From the IMG/VR virus record IMGVR_UViG_3300038679_000131, positions 1-64,000 of that record: DNA of 64,000 nucleotides, one strand, 5' to 3'. This document shows, piece by piece, positions 44,039 to 53,129 of the stretch. This DNA is from a virus. Both the position numbers and the translations under genes were made by a program. The notes under the pieces are model-generated. The model made no database searches and was not told the DNA's origin. It was given only the letters and a program-made list of their open reading frames with translations. Every line of letters starts with the position of its first letter. Position 1 is the stretch's first letter.

Positions 44039-45283
44039 TCAATCATCATCAAAATTATTTCCTTTTAAAAATATGTGGTTGGGCCAAAGTTCTTTTGCTT
44101 CTTCTTTAGAAAGGATATATTCAGTATGTTTGATTGTCCCTTCCCCATGAACTTCGGGAAGATATATGTCAGTATCCTGCTCAGTATCTACAAAATAGTC
44201 AATTATCACTTTATTCCAAAACCAATCTTGTAATAAAACCTTTGTAGATACTTTAAATTTTCGATACTGTTTTTTCTTCCAATTTAAGGAACCGATAACA
44301 TATCCTACCCATCTACTTGTATATCCACTTATTCCGCCATGTGCTTCTGCAAAGTCATAGAGAATCATAGACGCTTTAATTAAATCATTTTCTTCCTTTT
44401 CATTCTCAATTGAAAACATCATATCATATCTTTCAGTAAGAACATGGGTTACTACTTTAAGTAATTCTTCATCCCTTTTAGTCCTTTTAAGTTTGAAATC
44501 TTTTTCAGCTTCCTCTTCCATTTTCATTTTTTGAACTTCAATTGCTGCGGTAAGATTTGGGGGATTATGATAAAAATGCATAAATATCGACTTATCTTTT
44601 AGGTAAGAAGCTTGTTCATAAAACAAAACATCAAGTAATTTTTTCTTTGCCAAAAATTCTTTGTTATACGGAAGATAATTACTTGAATAAGCAGCTTTAC
44701 AATATCTTTTTATTGTATCAATTATTTCATCTACTGTAAAAGACTGATTTAATTCTCGTAATTCAATTACCGGAACTTTAGAGAAGAAGGTACCTGCAAT
44801 TAGCTTTCGCAAAGATTTAACAGTTCTCTTTAAGGTTTCAGTAGGTACAGGATAGACACCATTAATAGGTTCGGGTATTTTAATATTTGGAGTGCATTCA
44901 AGACCATTCCAATAATTGAGAATTTTTAAAATTGAAGGTGGAATAGTTAAAAATGAGGACAAATCCTTTGGTTTTTTCTTTCTACGGTTCATTGTTTCTT
45001 TAATACCCTTTGTTGCAATCTCAACAATCGACGGTTCAATGATTTCTCTCTTACGCAAACGAGCCATTTTAGTCTCCTTCTGCAAAGTGATAAAGTTACT
45101 ACGTCCATCTTGTTTAGATTTTTTAATACAAAGTTTCCCTTGCTCTTGTAAAGAGCAAAGGATTCTTTGTGTTCGTCGATATGATAGTTGTAAATAATGA
45201 CAAAGTTCATTATAAGAAAAGAATTTGTTTGGATGTTTGGCAAGCAGTTCCAATAACAGTTCTGGTTTTTTAGATATTCTCAT
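44039..45283 (-). CDS. wHTH protein, possible replication initiator/helicase loader; second in-frame start at 45067
   Basis: N-terminal wHTH; 'ILNYWN'; follows dnaB and a large inverted repeat. Confidence 0.5.
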   Translation of the reverse strand: MRISKKPELLLELLAKHPNKFFSYNELCHYLQLSYRRTQRILCSLQEQGKLCIKKSKQDGRSNFITLQKETKMARLRKREIIEPSIVEIATKGIKETMNRRKKKPKDLSSFLTIPPSILKILNYWNGLECTPNIKIPEPINGVYPVPTETLKRTVKSLRKLIAGTFFSKVPVIELRELNQSFTVDEIIDTIKRYCKAAYSSNYLPYNKEFLAKKKLLDVLFYEQASYLKDKSIFMHFYHNPPNLTAAIEVQKMKMEEEAEKDFKLKRTKRDEELLKVVTHVLTERYDMMFSIENEKEENDLIKASMILYDFAEAHGGISGYTSRWVGYVIGSLNWKKKQYRKFKVSTKVLLQDWFWNKVIIDYFVDTEQDTDIYLPEVHGEGTIKHTEYILSKEEAKELWPNHIFLKGNNFDDD

Positions 45284-45469
45284 TTTTATCCCTTAACAAA
45301 GTATTCCGATTCTCTGAAATCATTTTCGACCAAAGATGTAGAAACGAAGTTTCTACTAATTTCAAAACTAGTAATAGTATTTGTTATTAGTAGTATTACT
45401 ACTACCAAAGATTATTCTTTTTTTCACAATATAGATAGGATGTCTTTTGTTTATCACAGTTTTGCTAAA

Positions 45470-45532
45470 AATTAGGGGACGTTTAGACAGTAGGATAGGG
45501 TACTTTTTCATCTTTCTAAACGTCCCCTAATT
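45470..45532. repeat. 18-bp perfect inverted repeat with 27-nt spacer
   Basis: AATTAGGGGACGTTTAGA / TCTAAACGTCCCCTAATT. Confidence 0.9.
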
Positions 45533-45583
45533 CTGTTGGTTTTGTAAACTTTTTTCCATTAGGAATATTTTTCATTTTTTCTC

Positions 45584-48334
45584 TTAGTTTTTATTATTTT
45601 TTCTTTTTACTAAACGGCTTCCAAGATAAGGCTGTCCACATTGTAATTGAGAAAGGGCTATGAGTTCTTTTCCTGGCTGCATTTCTGTCCATCTATCAGC
45701 AATTTTACCAATTCTCATTACCCTTTGTTCATAATCTGTCTCGTTTTGATTGAGAGTAATACAAATATCCATATGAGCAATTATCTGTACATACCCTGCT
45801 GTGTGGCTAATTTTTAAGTGTTCAGAATCCCCTCCTTTTCTATCAGTTTGAAGGGGAGCAATAAAAAGAACTTGCTTTTCTTCAGCAATCCTTTTAATTG
45901 TTTTCCAAGTCTCTCCAAAAGCAGAATATTCTTTACTTGTTTCCCTTTCTTCTTTTAGAATAGCTGGGTAATCTAAAACAATTACATCTGGAATAAAATC
46001 TTCCCGCCATTCTAAAACATCAATGTCATTGATAATTTGTGTTAAATTAGCCGAAAACATTGGATAACATAAAAATCTAACATTGTTCTTTCCATGCATT
46101 AAATGGAAGTTTTTTATCTTCTTAGTAAGTTTTTGAGAATCTATTCCTTTTTTGTGGTAGGAATGTAAAGAAATAGTTAAATCCAATCCTTCTTTTACTT
46201 TACAAATGTCACAAGGGATATATCCTTGTTCACCATATTTTACATCACAAATTCGACTTGTTTTTTTGCAGGTATTGTATTTATTTTTAGAGCAGTCAAA
46301 GAAAGGAAATTCGTAATTTCCATCTTTTTCTGGGAAGCATCCTAGCTGTTGCCAAAATCTTTTGACTAGTTTTTTATAGGGCATTTCTAAAGAAATGAAT
46401 ACCACTCTTAATCTTTCTTCTAAGGCTGTTATAAGGAAATTTTGAGCCCACCAGGTGTTGTGGGCGATAATGTCGTTAGAAACGAAATTATGGGTTTCAG
46501 AAATAGATAAGTCATAAGTCTGTTCCATTCCCATATCTATTATAGATTCAATTTTATCCCAAAGGATATCAGAGTTTGCAATTGATATTAATTCTTGGTC
46601 TTTTAGGAAGTCTCCAATTTCTTTTACAGTAGATCGGGAAACCCTTTCTTTATTTCTTATTATACGGGATATTCTTGATGTAAATGGATTAATAGATTTA
46701 TAAAAGGACCATATTTGTTTATTAACCATAATTTGTTTAATTCTTTCTGCTAATTCTGTAGGGAAGCTATCAGCAGTTCTTCCATAAAGTTTAAGACTAT
46801 TAGAAGACGAAAGTAAATCAATGGCTTTTTCTTGTTTTGAAAAAATGAATCCTATTTCATTTATAAAGGTTATGACATTTTCTTTGTCTCCGAAAAGGAT
46901 TTGATAATTTGAATTTTTAGTTGTTTTCTTTTTACTTATCTTACCTATAATTCCAAATCTTAATAGGAGATGCTGTACTTGATGGATTAATTTTTTACTT
47001 GCTGAAGCATATCCTATTACTACACCGGTCTTGCTTTTCCAGATTGTACCATCACAAGTGAATAAAACAGAAAGGAATAATTTTAGATTATCTTTGGTTA
47101 AAGAAAATACAATCTCAGGAATTTCTTTTTTTTCTGATTTTACCAATTTGGTTTTTATTTCTTTTAACCAGGTCTTTGTTTTAGTAGGAATTGAACTAAG
47201 TTTTTCTTGGTCTTTTTTTATTCTTAATGTTATTTCTTCTGTAGTTTCTGAGGTAGTGTCACCCATTAATTTAATCATGGAGGAAAAATCTTCCCTTATC
47301 TTTTTCTCTCCATTGGTAAAACAAATATTTCCAGAGCCAATCATTCCTTCAGCTAAAAGATATGATAATATTTTAATCTTGTATTCAGGCCATTCTACTG
47401 TTCCAAAGAAATCAATTTTTCTTGGTACAGCAATAAAATCACTAAGGGATAAATCTTTTACCTCTTTCCAACCTTTGTAAGTAAGAAGTGGATGATTAAG
47501 TGTAATTTTTATTTCTCTTCCTGTTTTAGTTTTTATTTTGATAACAGGTTTTTCTCCATTCTTCCAAAAATCTGCAACTGTTCCTTTAATTAATTTCCCA
47601 TCTTTTGATAAGGTTACAATATTTTTCTCTTTGTCCTTAATGACATCAATCAATTTTTTTACTCTTCCATCGGAGAGAAGAATTTCATTATCTCCGGTTA
47701 AGCACTTCCCTCTCTTTTGACTACCTAATATTCCTAATACGTACCCCCTATGGAGAGGACCAATAAAACTCCCAAGAGGTTCTGGCATAGTTAGAAGTGG
47801 TGTTTTGTCATCTTCTAAACAGCTAAGGGCAAAAGACAAATTACATGGATCTAAAGAAGGAACATTTTTAATTGTGGCCTTTTGACTCCTAGCCACTGCT
47901 GCTTCTGCCGCACTTATAGCAGCCATATCTCCATTACTACTTTCTAAGATGAGGGAGGCTTCTTTTATTCCTAATAGAAAGCTTTGTTTTTTTAAATAAA
48001 CCTCAGCTTGTTTTTGGAGATAGTCTTCATTAGGGGGATTTTCAAGGTATTGTTCTGAGAGGGTTTTGAGAAATTCTTCAATATCTAGTGCATCTTCTGG
48101 GTTAAGTTCACTCCTTTCCGCCAGGTAGATTTCCTGAATGTCTTTCCCTGGAGCACGATTGTATAAACTATAATAATCTTTAATCCATTTGGAGATTTTC
48201 TGTCCAACATTTAGTTGGAATAGTTTTGGGTCTATCAGAGATTTTAATGCATGGTTTATTTTGTCTGAGGTGATGAAACCTATAAGAACTTGTTTTTCTA
48301 TATCTTTGTTGACAACACGGCGTCGCAGTCTCAT
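45584..48334 (-). CDS. dnaB: Replicative DnaB-like helicase with intein
   Basis: 'GSQKRGK|T' Walker A, 'ISLEM', 'VIVLDY', 'Q..R'. Confidence 0.88.
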   Translation of the reverse strand: MRLRRRVVNKDIEKQVLIGFITSDKINHALKSLIDPKLFQLNVGQKISKWIKDYYSLYNRAPGKDIQEIYLAERSELNPEDALDIEEFLKTLSEQYLENPPNEDYLQKQAEVYLKKQSFLLGIKEASLILESSNGDMAAISAAEAAVARSQKATIKNVPSLDPCNLSFALSCLEDDKTPLLTMPEPLGSFIGPLHRGYVLGILGSQKRGKCLTGDNEILLSDGRVKKLIDVIKDKEKNIVTLSKDGKLIKGTVADFWKNGEKPVIKIKTKTGREIKITLNHPLLTYKGWKEVKDLSLSDFIAVPRKIDFFGTVEWPEYKIKILSYLLAEGMIGSGNICFTNGEKKIREDFSSMIKLMGDTTSETTEEITLRIKKDQEKLSSIPTKTKTWLKEIKTKLVKSEKKEIPEIVFSLTKDNLKLFLSVLFTCDGTIWKSKTGVVIGYASASKKLIHQVQHLLLRFGIIGKISKKKTTKNSNYQILFGDKENVITFINEIGFIFSKQEKAIDLLSSSNSLKLYGRTADSFPTELAERIKQIMVNKQIWSFYKSINPFTSRISRIIRNKERVSRSTVKEIGDFLKDQELISIANSDILWDKIESIIDMGMEQTYDLSISETHNFVSNDIIAHNTWWAQNFLITALEERLRVVFISLEMPYKKLVKRFWQQLGCFPEKDGNYEFPFFDCSKNKYNTCKKTSRICDVKYGEQGYIPCDICKVKEGLDLTISLHSYHKKGIDSQKLTKKIKNFHLMHGKNNVRFLCYPMFSANLTQIINDIDVLEWREDFIPDVIVLDYPAILKEERETSKEYSAFGETWKTIKRIAEEKQVLFIAPLQTDRKGGDSEHLKISHTAGYVQIIAHMDICITLNQNETDYEQRVMRIGKIADRWTEMQPGKELIALSQLQCGQPYLGSRLVKRKNNKN
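46457..47704 (-). mobile_element. Intein (416 aa) with in-frame LAGLIDADG endonuclease
   Basis: CLTGD start, 'T.NHP', 'YLLAEG' and 'LFTCDG', ends 'IAHN' before Thr; P-loop insertion. Confidence 0.93.
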
Positions 48335-49254
48335 TGTAGTTCCTTCATAAGGTAAGAAGCATCAGTAGGAGTTAAAAGAGCAGGATCAGGAATACCAATT
48401 TCAATTATCTCTGTTTCTGTAAACCAAAGTTTATTTGCTATCTTTTCTGGTTTTCCTTTATCAAGGGTGTCTTCATCAAGAAGAATGAAGACTTTAGTGG
48501 GTTTCTTTTCTCTAATTAGACTGACTTGTGTTGGGGTAAGTTCACTTTTGAAGATAGCAACAGAACCTGTTCCTAACCGCCACTGATCAAAAATTCCTTC
48601 AACAATGACAATTGGTGATTCTGGGGGAAGGTCATCATAACCATATAGCAAATCATTTATGTCTATTTCAGCTTTTTCGTTTGGGCAAGTTTTGTAGGAG
48701 AGAGGGTTTTTTTCTGATAGTGCTCTGGCTGTGAAATTTACTATTTTCCCTTTTGATGTTATTGGAATAATCAATCGGTATTTGTAATCTCCTCTCAGTC
48801 CTGAGTAGAACAAATTATATTTTTTTATTATTTGTTCCGGGTCAAAGTTGCGTTCTGTTAAATAAGAAGAAACTATTTTTGGAATATTACTTGGAATTAT
48901 TAGTTCAAATTCTTTAGGCCAAACAAGTATTCTTGAGATATTTACTTCTTGTTCTTGGTATGTTGCTACTAAATTGAAATCTTGATATTTTTCTGCTGTT
49001 TCTTTTGCTTCACCCCAAGAGCATTTTTCAATTTCTTTTATGAGTTTTACAGGATTTCCCCTATTGCCACAAATCCAACAATAGAAAATTTTACTTTGAA
49101 GATTAATTCCACAATGAAATGAATGGTCAGTACAAATTGGAAAAGGACAAGTAATGCCAATCCATCCATCAGAAATGTTCTTGCCTGAAGATAAATAAAG
49201 GATGTTTTTATCATTCAAATAAGAAATAACGTCAAAAGAGCTTGACATAAACAT
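48331..49254 (-). CDS. DNA primase (Zn finger plus TOPRIM)
   Basis: 'CPF..C...HC', 'CWIC', 'VEGIFD', 'LDED'. Confidence 0.88.
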   Translation of the reverse strand: MFMSSSFDVISYLNDKNILYLSSGKNISDGWIGITCPFPICTDHSFHCGINLQSKIFYCWICGNRGNPVKLIKEIEKCSWGEAKETAEKYQDFNLVATYQEQEVNISRILVWPKEFELIIPSNIPKIVSSYLTERNFDPEQIIKKYNLFYSGLRGDYKYRLIIPITSKGKIVNFTARALSEKNPLSYKTCPNEKAEIDINDLLYGYDDLPPESPIVIVEGIFDQWRLGTGSVAIFKSELTPTQVSLIREKKPTKVFILLDEDTLDKGKPEKIANKLWFTETEIIEIGIPDPALLTPTDASYLMKELQ

Positions 49255-49370
49255 AGGGTGGAGAACCTTTTGAAATTACTGAGAAAAATGAGTTGCAGAG
49301 TTGACATTAAAACAGAAAATAAGTAATGTCAAGAAAAAAGATGCTTGGTGTTTTAAATAATGTGACATCC

Positions 49371-49700
49371 TTACTTAATTTTATTTATGACTTTATCAAA
49401 TAATTTTAAACCAATTGCTCTCCTCTTTTGATATTCTTTTGAGGAAGGATCATTATTAGGACCAACCCAAGTCTTAGGGTCTTTACTGTAGGCATTTTTT
49501 CTACGGTTGAATGATTCTTTATAATAAAATTCAGGAGTTAAGAGTTTACTTGGGTGATTGGCTAATTGACTTATTGCTCTACTTTCAAAGTAGAGGAGAG
49601 CATCAAGGGCTAACATTGCCCAATAACATTCGTCATGGGTTGGCTTCTCTCCTGATTTAGCTGCATCAATAATTTCAAATAAAGTTTTCATTTTATCCAC
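49371..49700 (-). CDS. Hypothetical protein
   Basis: Overlaps the helicase stop. Confidence 0.55.
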   Translation of the reverse strand: MDKMKTLFEIIDAAKSGEKPTHDECYWAMLALDALLYFESRAISQLANHPSKLLTPEFYYKESFNRRKNAYSKDPKTWVGPNNDPSSKEYQKRRAIGLKLFDKVINKIK

Positions 49701-51046
49701 CCCCGATCGAAATATAAAATTAGCCTTTCTCCAAAGTGTTCAATTAAGAATCTGTGACTAGGATCAAAGAAATCTACAAGATGGATTTCTTTTTTCTCAT
49801 CAGTTACTCTAAGCCCCCTACCTATTTTTTGAAGAATAGCAATTTCACTCTTACCGCCAGCAGCATTTATTACTGCACCAAGACTCGGTATATTTACACC
49901 TTCATTAAATATTGTCGTTGCTATTGCCACTTTGATTTCTCCTGATACTAAACCCTTTCTCACTTCCTCTCGGTCTTCATCTTCGGAACCGCCATGGATA
50001 TACTTTAATTTTAATTCTGGAAATTGATTTTCAGCCATGGATTCAAGGATATGACCATGTTCTATCCTAACTGTCAATATGAGAGAAGATAGACCTTTCT
50101 CCAAATATTCTTTTGCACATTCCAATATCCTTTTATTTCGGACTTTATTTTCTACTATAGCAGCTTGGTATAGTTCAGGATACTTTTGGATATTTCTAAA
50201 GTGGGGATTCCTAGCAATTTTAATAAGCCTTAATTTAGGTTCAGCAAGGAAACCTAAGTCAATAAGTTCATCCATCTGGACCTCTGCAATGACAGGTCCC
50301 AGATGTCCTTCTGCGGCAAGTTGCGCTTCCGGGAGGTAGCCAAGGGTTGCAGTAAGTCCAAACCTGTGGGCAGCATTGATAAGTCTTTCTAGGACTTTAG
50401 CATAAGACTTACCAAATCCTGATACGTGGTGAGCCTCATCTACTATTACAACTGTAGGAATTTTGTCAAAGTCAGTAGGACTAAGTCTATTTAGAGTCTG
50501 AATCATTCCAACTGTTATTCTATTGGGGTCTAATTTTCCTGAGCCTATAACACCAACTTCATTAGGAAACCATTTCTCAAATTCATCTAATGTTTGTTTG
50601 AGAAGGTCTTTAGTATGTACGATAAAAATAATATTTTCTTTAGGGAAGGAACTAATTAATGCTCCGGCAATTATAGTCTTTCCACTTCCTGTAGGCGAAT
50701 GAATAATTCCTCTTGAACAGTTCAAAGCTTCTGTTAGGGCTTTATGTTGGTAATTGTGTAAAGTTATTTCGGGTAAAGAAGGTGGAACAATATGTGTGTG
50801 ATGGTCAAATCCCCATTTGATCTCCAGGGGTCGGTTGTGCTTATCACAAAACTGTTTAATTTTTGGTATGAAGCCTGTTAAGAACCTTCCGTTTTTGTCA
50901 ATAACTAATTTATTAATTATTTTCTCTTTTCTGCGGAAAGGACCTTGTATCCATACAGAACTTTTGTAAGAAAGAATCGGATGAAGAAATGAATGATCTC
51001 CAGACACAACTTTGGAATATATGGGAGAAGCAGCGTAAATCTTCAT
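49688..51046 (-). CDS. SF2 helicase (UvsW-like)
   Basis: 'PTGSGKT', 'DEAH', 'GLTAT', 'QKIGRGLR'. Confidence 0.92.
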   Translation of the reverse strand: MKIYAASPIYSKVVSGDHSFLHPILSYKSSVWIQGPFRRKEKIINKLVIDKNGRFLTGFIPKIKQFCDKHNRPLEIKWGFDHHTHIVPPSLPEITLHNYQHKALTEALNCSRGIIHSPTGSGKTIIAGALISSFPKENIIFIVHTKDLLKQTLDEFEKWFPNEVGVIGSGKLDPNRITVGMIQTLNRLSPTDFDKIPTVVIVDEAHHVSGFGKSYAKVLERLINAAHRFGLTATLGYLPEAQLAAEGHLGPVIAEVQMDELIDLGFLAEPKLRLIKIARNPHFRNIQKYPELYQAAIVENKVRNKRILECAKEYLEKGLSSLILTVRIEHGHILESMAENQFPELKLKYIHGGSEDEDREEVRKGLVSGEIKVAIATTIFNEGVNIPSLGAVINAAGGKSEIAILQKIGRGLRVTDEKKEIHLVDFFDPSHRFLIEHFGERLILYFDRGWIK

Positions 51047-51300
51047 AATTCCTTCTCAAATAATCTTATTCCAGCACAGGCATAGGAACCACACGGGAGA
51101 AACTTGTCATAAAATGCTTGTGATTTTGCAGCAGCATCTAAAGCAGCCTTTTCTGTTTTATATTTACTCTCAACTCCACATGGTCCTGCTATTTCATATC
51201 CGATGGTTGGACCATGCTCAGTCCACTCATGTCCTGAGATTGGGTTCTTCTTATGGATTCGTTTGAAGACTTCTCGGATTCTTAGTTTTATTTTCTTCAA
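51043..51300 (-). CDS. Hypothetical protein
   Basis: Coupled ORF with RBS GAGGAGG. Confidence 0.5.
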   Translation of the reverse strand: MKKIKLRIREVFKRIHKKNPISGHEWTEHGPTIGYEIAGPCGVESKYKTEKAALDAAAKSQAFYDKFLPCGSYACAGIRLFEKEL

Positions 51301-51737
51301 ATGTGTCCTCCTCTAAGCAACGGCCATTTCATTTCCCAGTTGTCAATTACACCATAACTTTTTCTTTCCAGAAGAACTTTGGAAACATATTTTATACTGA
51401 AGAAAACCCCAAAATATTCTGTTCCTGTTTCCCACGTAGTGTCAATTACATGAAAGTCCTTGTCAAGGCACCAAGCGTGAAGAACAGGAATAACACCCAT
51501 TGCATAGCCTTCATAATAGATTAAATTATGCTCAACCGCCAGGAGATAGGCATTACGAAAACATTCTTTTATAGTTCCTTTTGGATAGTCGTCAGACCTT
51601 GTACTTCTTTCTCCCATCTCCTTTCCGTTTTTTAGAATGAAGGATTCAATTGAATGGTATTTAAAGTCGGGTCGAAGGGTAGAAGATTTTATATGAAAAT
51701 CGTGAATGGTTTTTAAATAATTTTGGATATTATTCAC
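51297..51737 (-). CDS. Transglutaminase/papain-fold-like protein
   Basis: 'CFRNA', 'YYEG', 'HAW', 'D.T' triad-like. Confidence 0.5.
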   Translation of the reverse strand: MNNIQNYLKTIHDFHIKSSTLRPDFKYHSIESFILKNGKEMGERSTRSDDYPKGTIKECFRNAYLLAVEHNLIYYEGYAMGVIPVLHAWCLDKDFHVIDTTWETGTEYFGVFFSIKYVSKVLLERKSYGVIDNWEMKWPLLRGGHI

Positions 51738-51952
51738 AGATTTTCAACCCTAGTTACAAATTGGTTTTTAATAGATTGATTAAAAAATTTCCCAACAGAT
51801 TCAGCAGCCATTAATTCATCATAGGTGTATGAAGGAACTCTTTCATAAGAGTAAACTTTTCCACCTTTAAATCTGATGTAAAGGATTTCATTTGGTTCGT
51901 TATAACCGATTGCCTCAATATTGCTTGAGGTTACTGGAATCATGTTAATCAT
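51734..51952 (-). CDS. KTSC domain protein
   Basis: 'V.SSNI..IGY', 'Y.Y..VP', 'A.S.GKFFN'. Confidence 0.9.
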   Translation of the reverse strand: MINMIPVTSSNIEAIGYNEPNEILYIRFKGGKVYSYERVPSYTYDELMAAESVGKFFNQSIKNQFVTRVENL

Positions 51953-51971
51953 ATTTTCCTCCTTTTAATTG

Positions 51972-52047
51972 TGGTCGGGACGGTGGGTCACGATCCCACG
52001 ACTTCAGGCTCCCAAAGCCTGCACTCTACCAACTGAGCTACGCCCCG
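51972..52047 (-). tRNA. tRNA-Pro(TGG), encoded CCA
   Basis: CGGGGCG acceptor, TAGCTCAGTTGGTAGAG D-arm, CAGGC-TTTGGGA-GCCTG anticodon arm, atypical T-loop. Confidence 0.92.
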
Positions 52048-52071
52048 AGATATATTTTTATTGCTCTTGAT

Positions 52072-52098
52072 ATTATACGATAGAAGAACAGTTTTAAG
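52072..52098 (-). promoter_or_regulatory. Phage-specific promoter copy 4
   Basis: CTTAAAA-N11-TCGTATAAT, just upstream of the tRNA. Confidence 0.72.
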
Positions 52099-52102
52099 CA
52101 GT

Positions 52103-52624
52103 TTATTTTGCCAGGAAAAATGAATCTAAGCACGGTTCCCTTCGACTTGTCGTTACATATGAGGCAAAGTCAAAAGCATTTTTTCTTTTCCAATTTAATT
52201 CTTTGGTTAGGAACTTTATTAATGTTGATTTATTTATGTTGTTTTTTGGGAACATTTCTGCAAACTTCTCTGGGTTTTCATAGATTCTTTTTACCAGGGT
52301 TTTCATGTGAAAAGGGAGTTCTTCAAATTGAAGGCGGGATACTTTGACTGTTCTGTTTGACAAGTTATCAATAAATTGGTTTCGATCAAGGTTATTGTTT
52401 AACCTCTTTGCCACCCGATACATATCTGTAAAGCGTTGTTCTATTTGATTCCCAAGAGCAGTTATGAAACTGCAAGATAGGTCTGAGTTAAGTAATTTAG
52501 CATATATCATATATGCTTCCGACCATAAGTCTTCTATGGTTATAGACGGATCAATAAAAGTTATGTTCTTAAACCTTTTTATGTAGTTAAACATAAAAGC
52601 ATCGTACTCGGTAGATACTTGCAT
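52103..52624 (-). CDS. Sigma70-family-like phage sigma factor
   Basis: Region-2-like 'EDLWSEAY...SFITAL...F.D..R'. Confidence 0.55.
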   Translation of the reverse strand: MQVSTEYDAFMFNYIKRFKNITFIDPSITIEDLWSEAYMIYAKLLNSDLSCSFITALGNQIEQRFTDMYRVAKRLNNNLDRNQFIDNLSNRTVKVSRLQFEELPFHMKTLVKRIYENPEKFAEMFPKNNINKSTLIKFLTKELNWKRKNAFDFASYVTTSRREPCLDSFFLAK

Positions 52625-52646
52625 ATATCCTCCTTTTTATAAGGTT

Positions 52647-52675
52647 ATTCTTTCATTAATTTCATAGAAAGTCAA
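52647..52675 (-). promoter_or_regulatory. Sigma70-like promoter
   Basis: TTGACT-N17-AAGAAT with extended TG. Confidence 0.45.
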
Positions 52676-52683
52676 GTAATTTT

Positions 52684-53103
52684 TTAGCGGCGCTTCAGTT
52701 TATTTGGCCGGTTTATAGCAGGACAAAAATCAGAGTGATGAAAACCATGTATAAATTCTATTCCTTTTTTGGTTTCTTGAGCATAAAGGCATTTTACATT
52801 CTTAGGCCCGATTCTAAGGTGCATGACTTTCTTCACATTTGATTTAAGTTTTTCAGCAGGAACTTCAGATAGGAATATTGAACCATTCTCATCTTTTCCT
52901 TGAAAGAACTTATCCCAAAATCTGAAGTTATCCATAATCTTCCTAGCTTCTTCCGGCTTTCTTGTCCGAAGTTTTAAGGTAAAGATAATTCTTTTTCCAA
53001 TATCTTCCCCACAGATTTGGCATTTTCCGTAGACAGTTGGAGATAAAATAACTTTATCTCCAGCAATTTCCTGATTACAGGAATTACAGACAAGGAATGA
53101 CAT
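52684..53103 (-). CDS. Zn-finger hypothetical protein
   Basis: CNSC...CQIC. Confidence 0.55.
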   Translation of the reverse strand: MSFLVCNSCNQEIAGDKVILSPTVYGKCQICGEDIGKRIIFTLKLRTRKPEEARKIMDNFRFWDKFFQGKDENGSIFLSEVPAEKLKSNVKKVMHLRIGPKNVKCLYAQETKKGIEFIHGFHHSDFCPAINRPNKLKRR

Positions 53104-53129
53104 GGTGAACCCTCCTTTTTTGTTAAGAA

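Noticed and set aside
45420-45460. DnaA boxes in the candidate origin
   Set aside because: Matches to TTATCCACA are too degenerate for AT-rich DNA.
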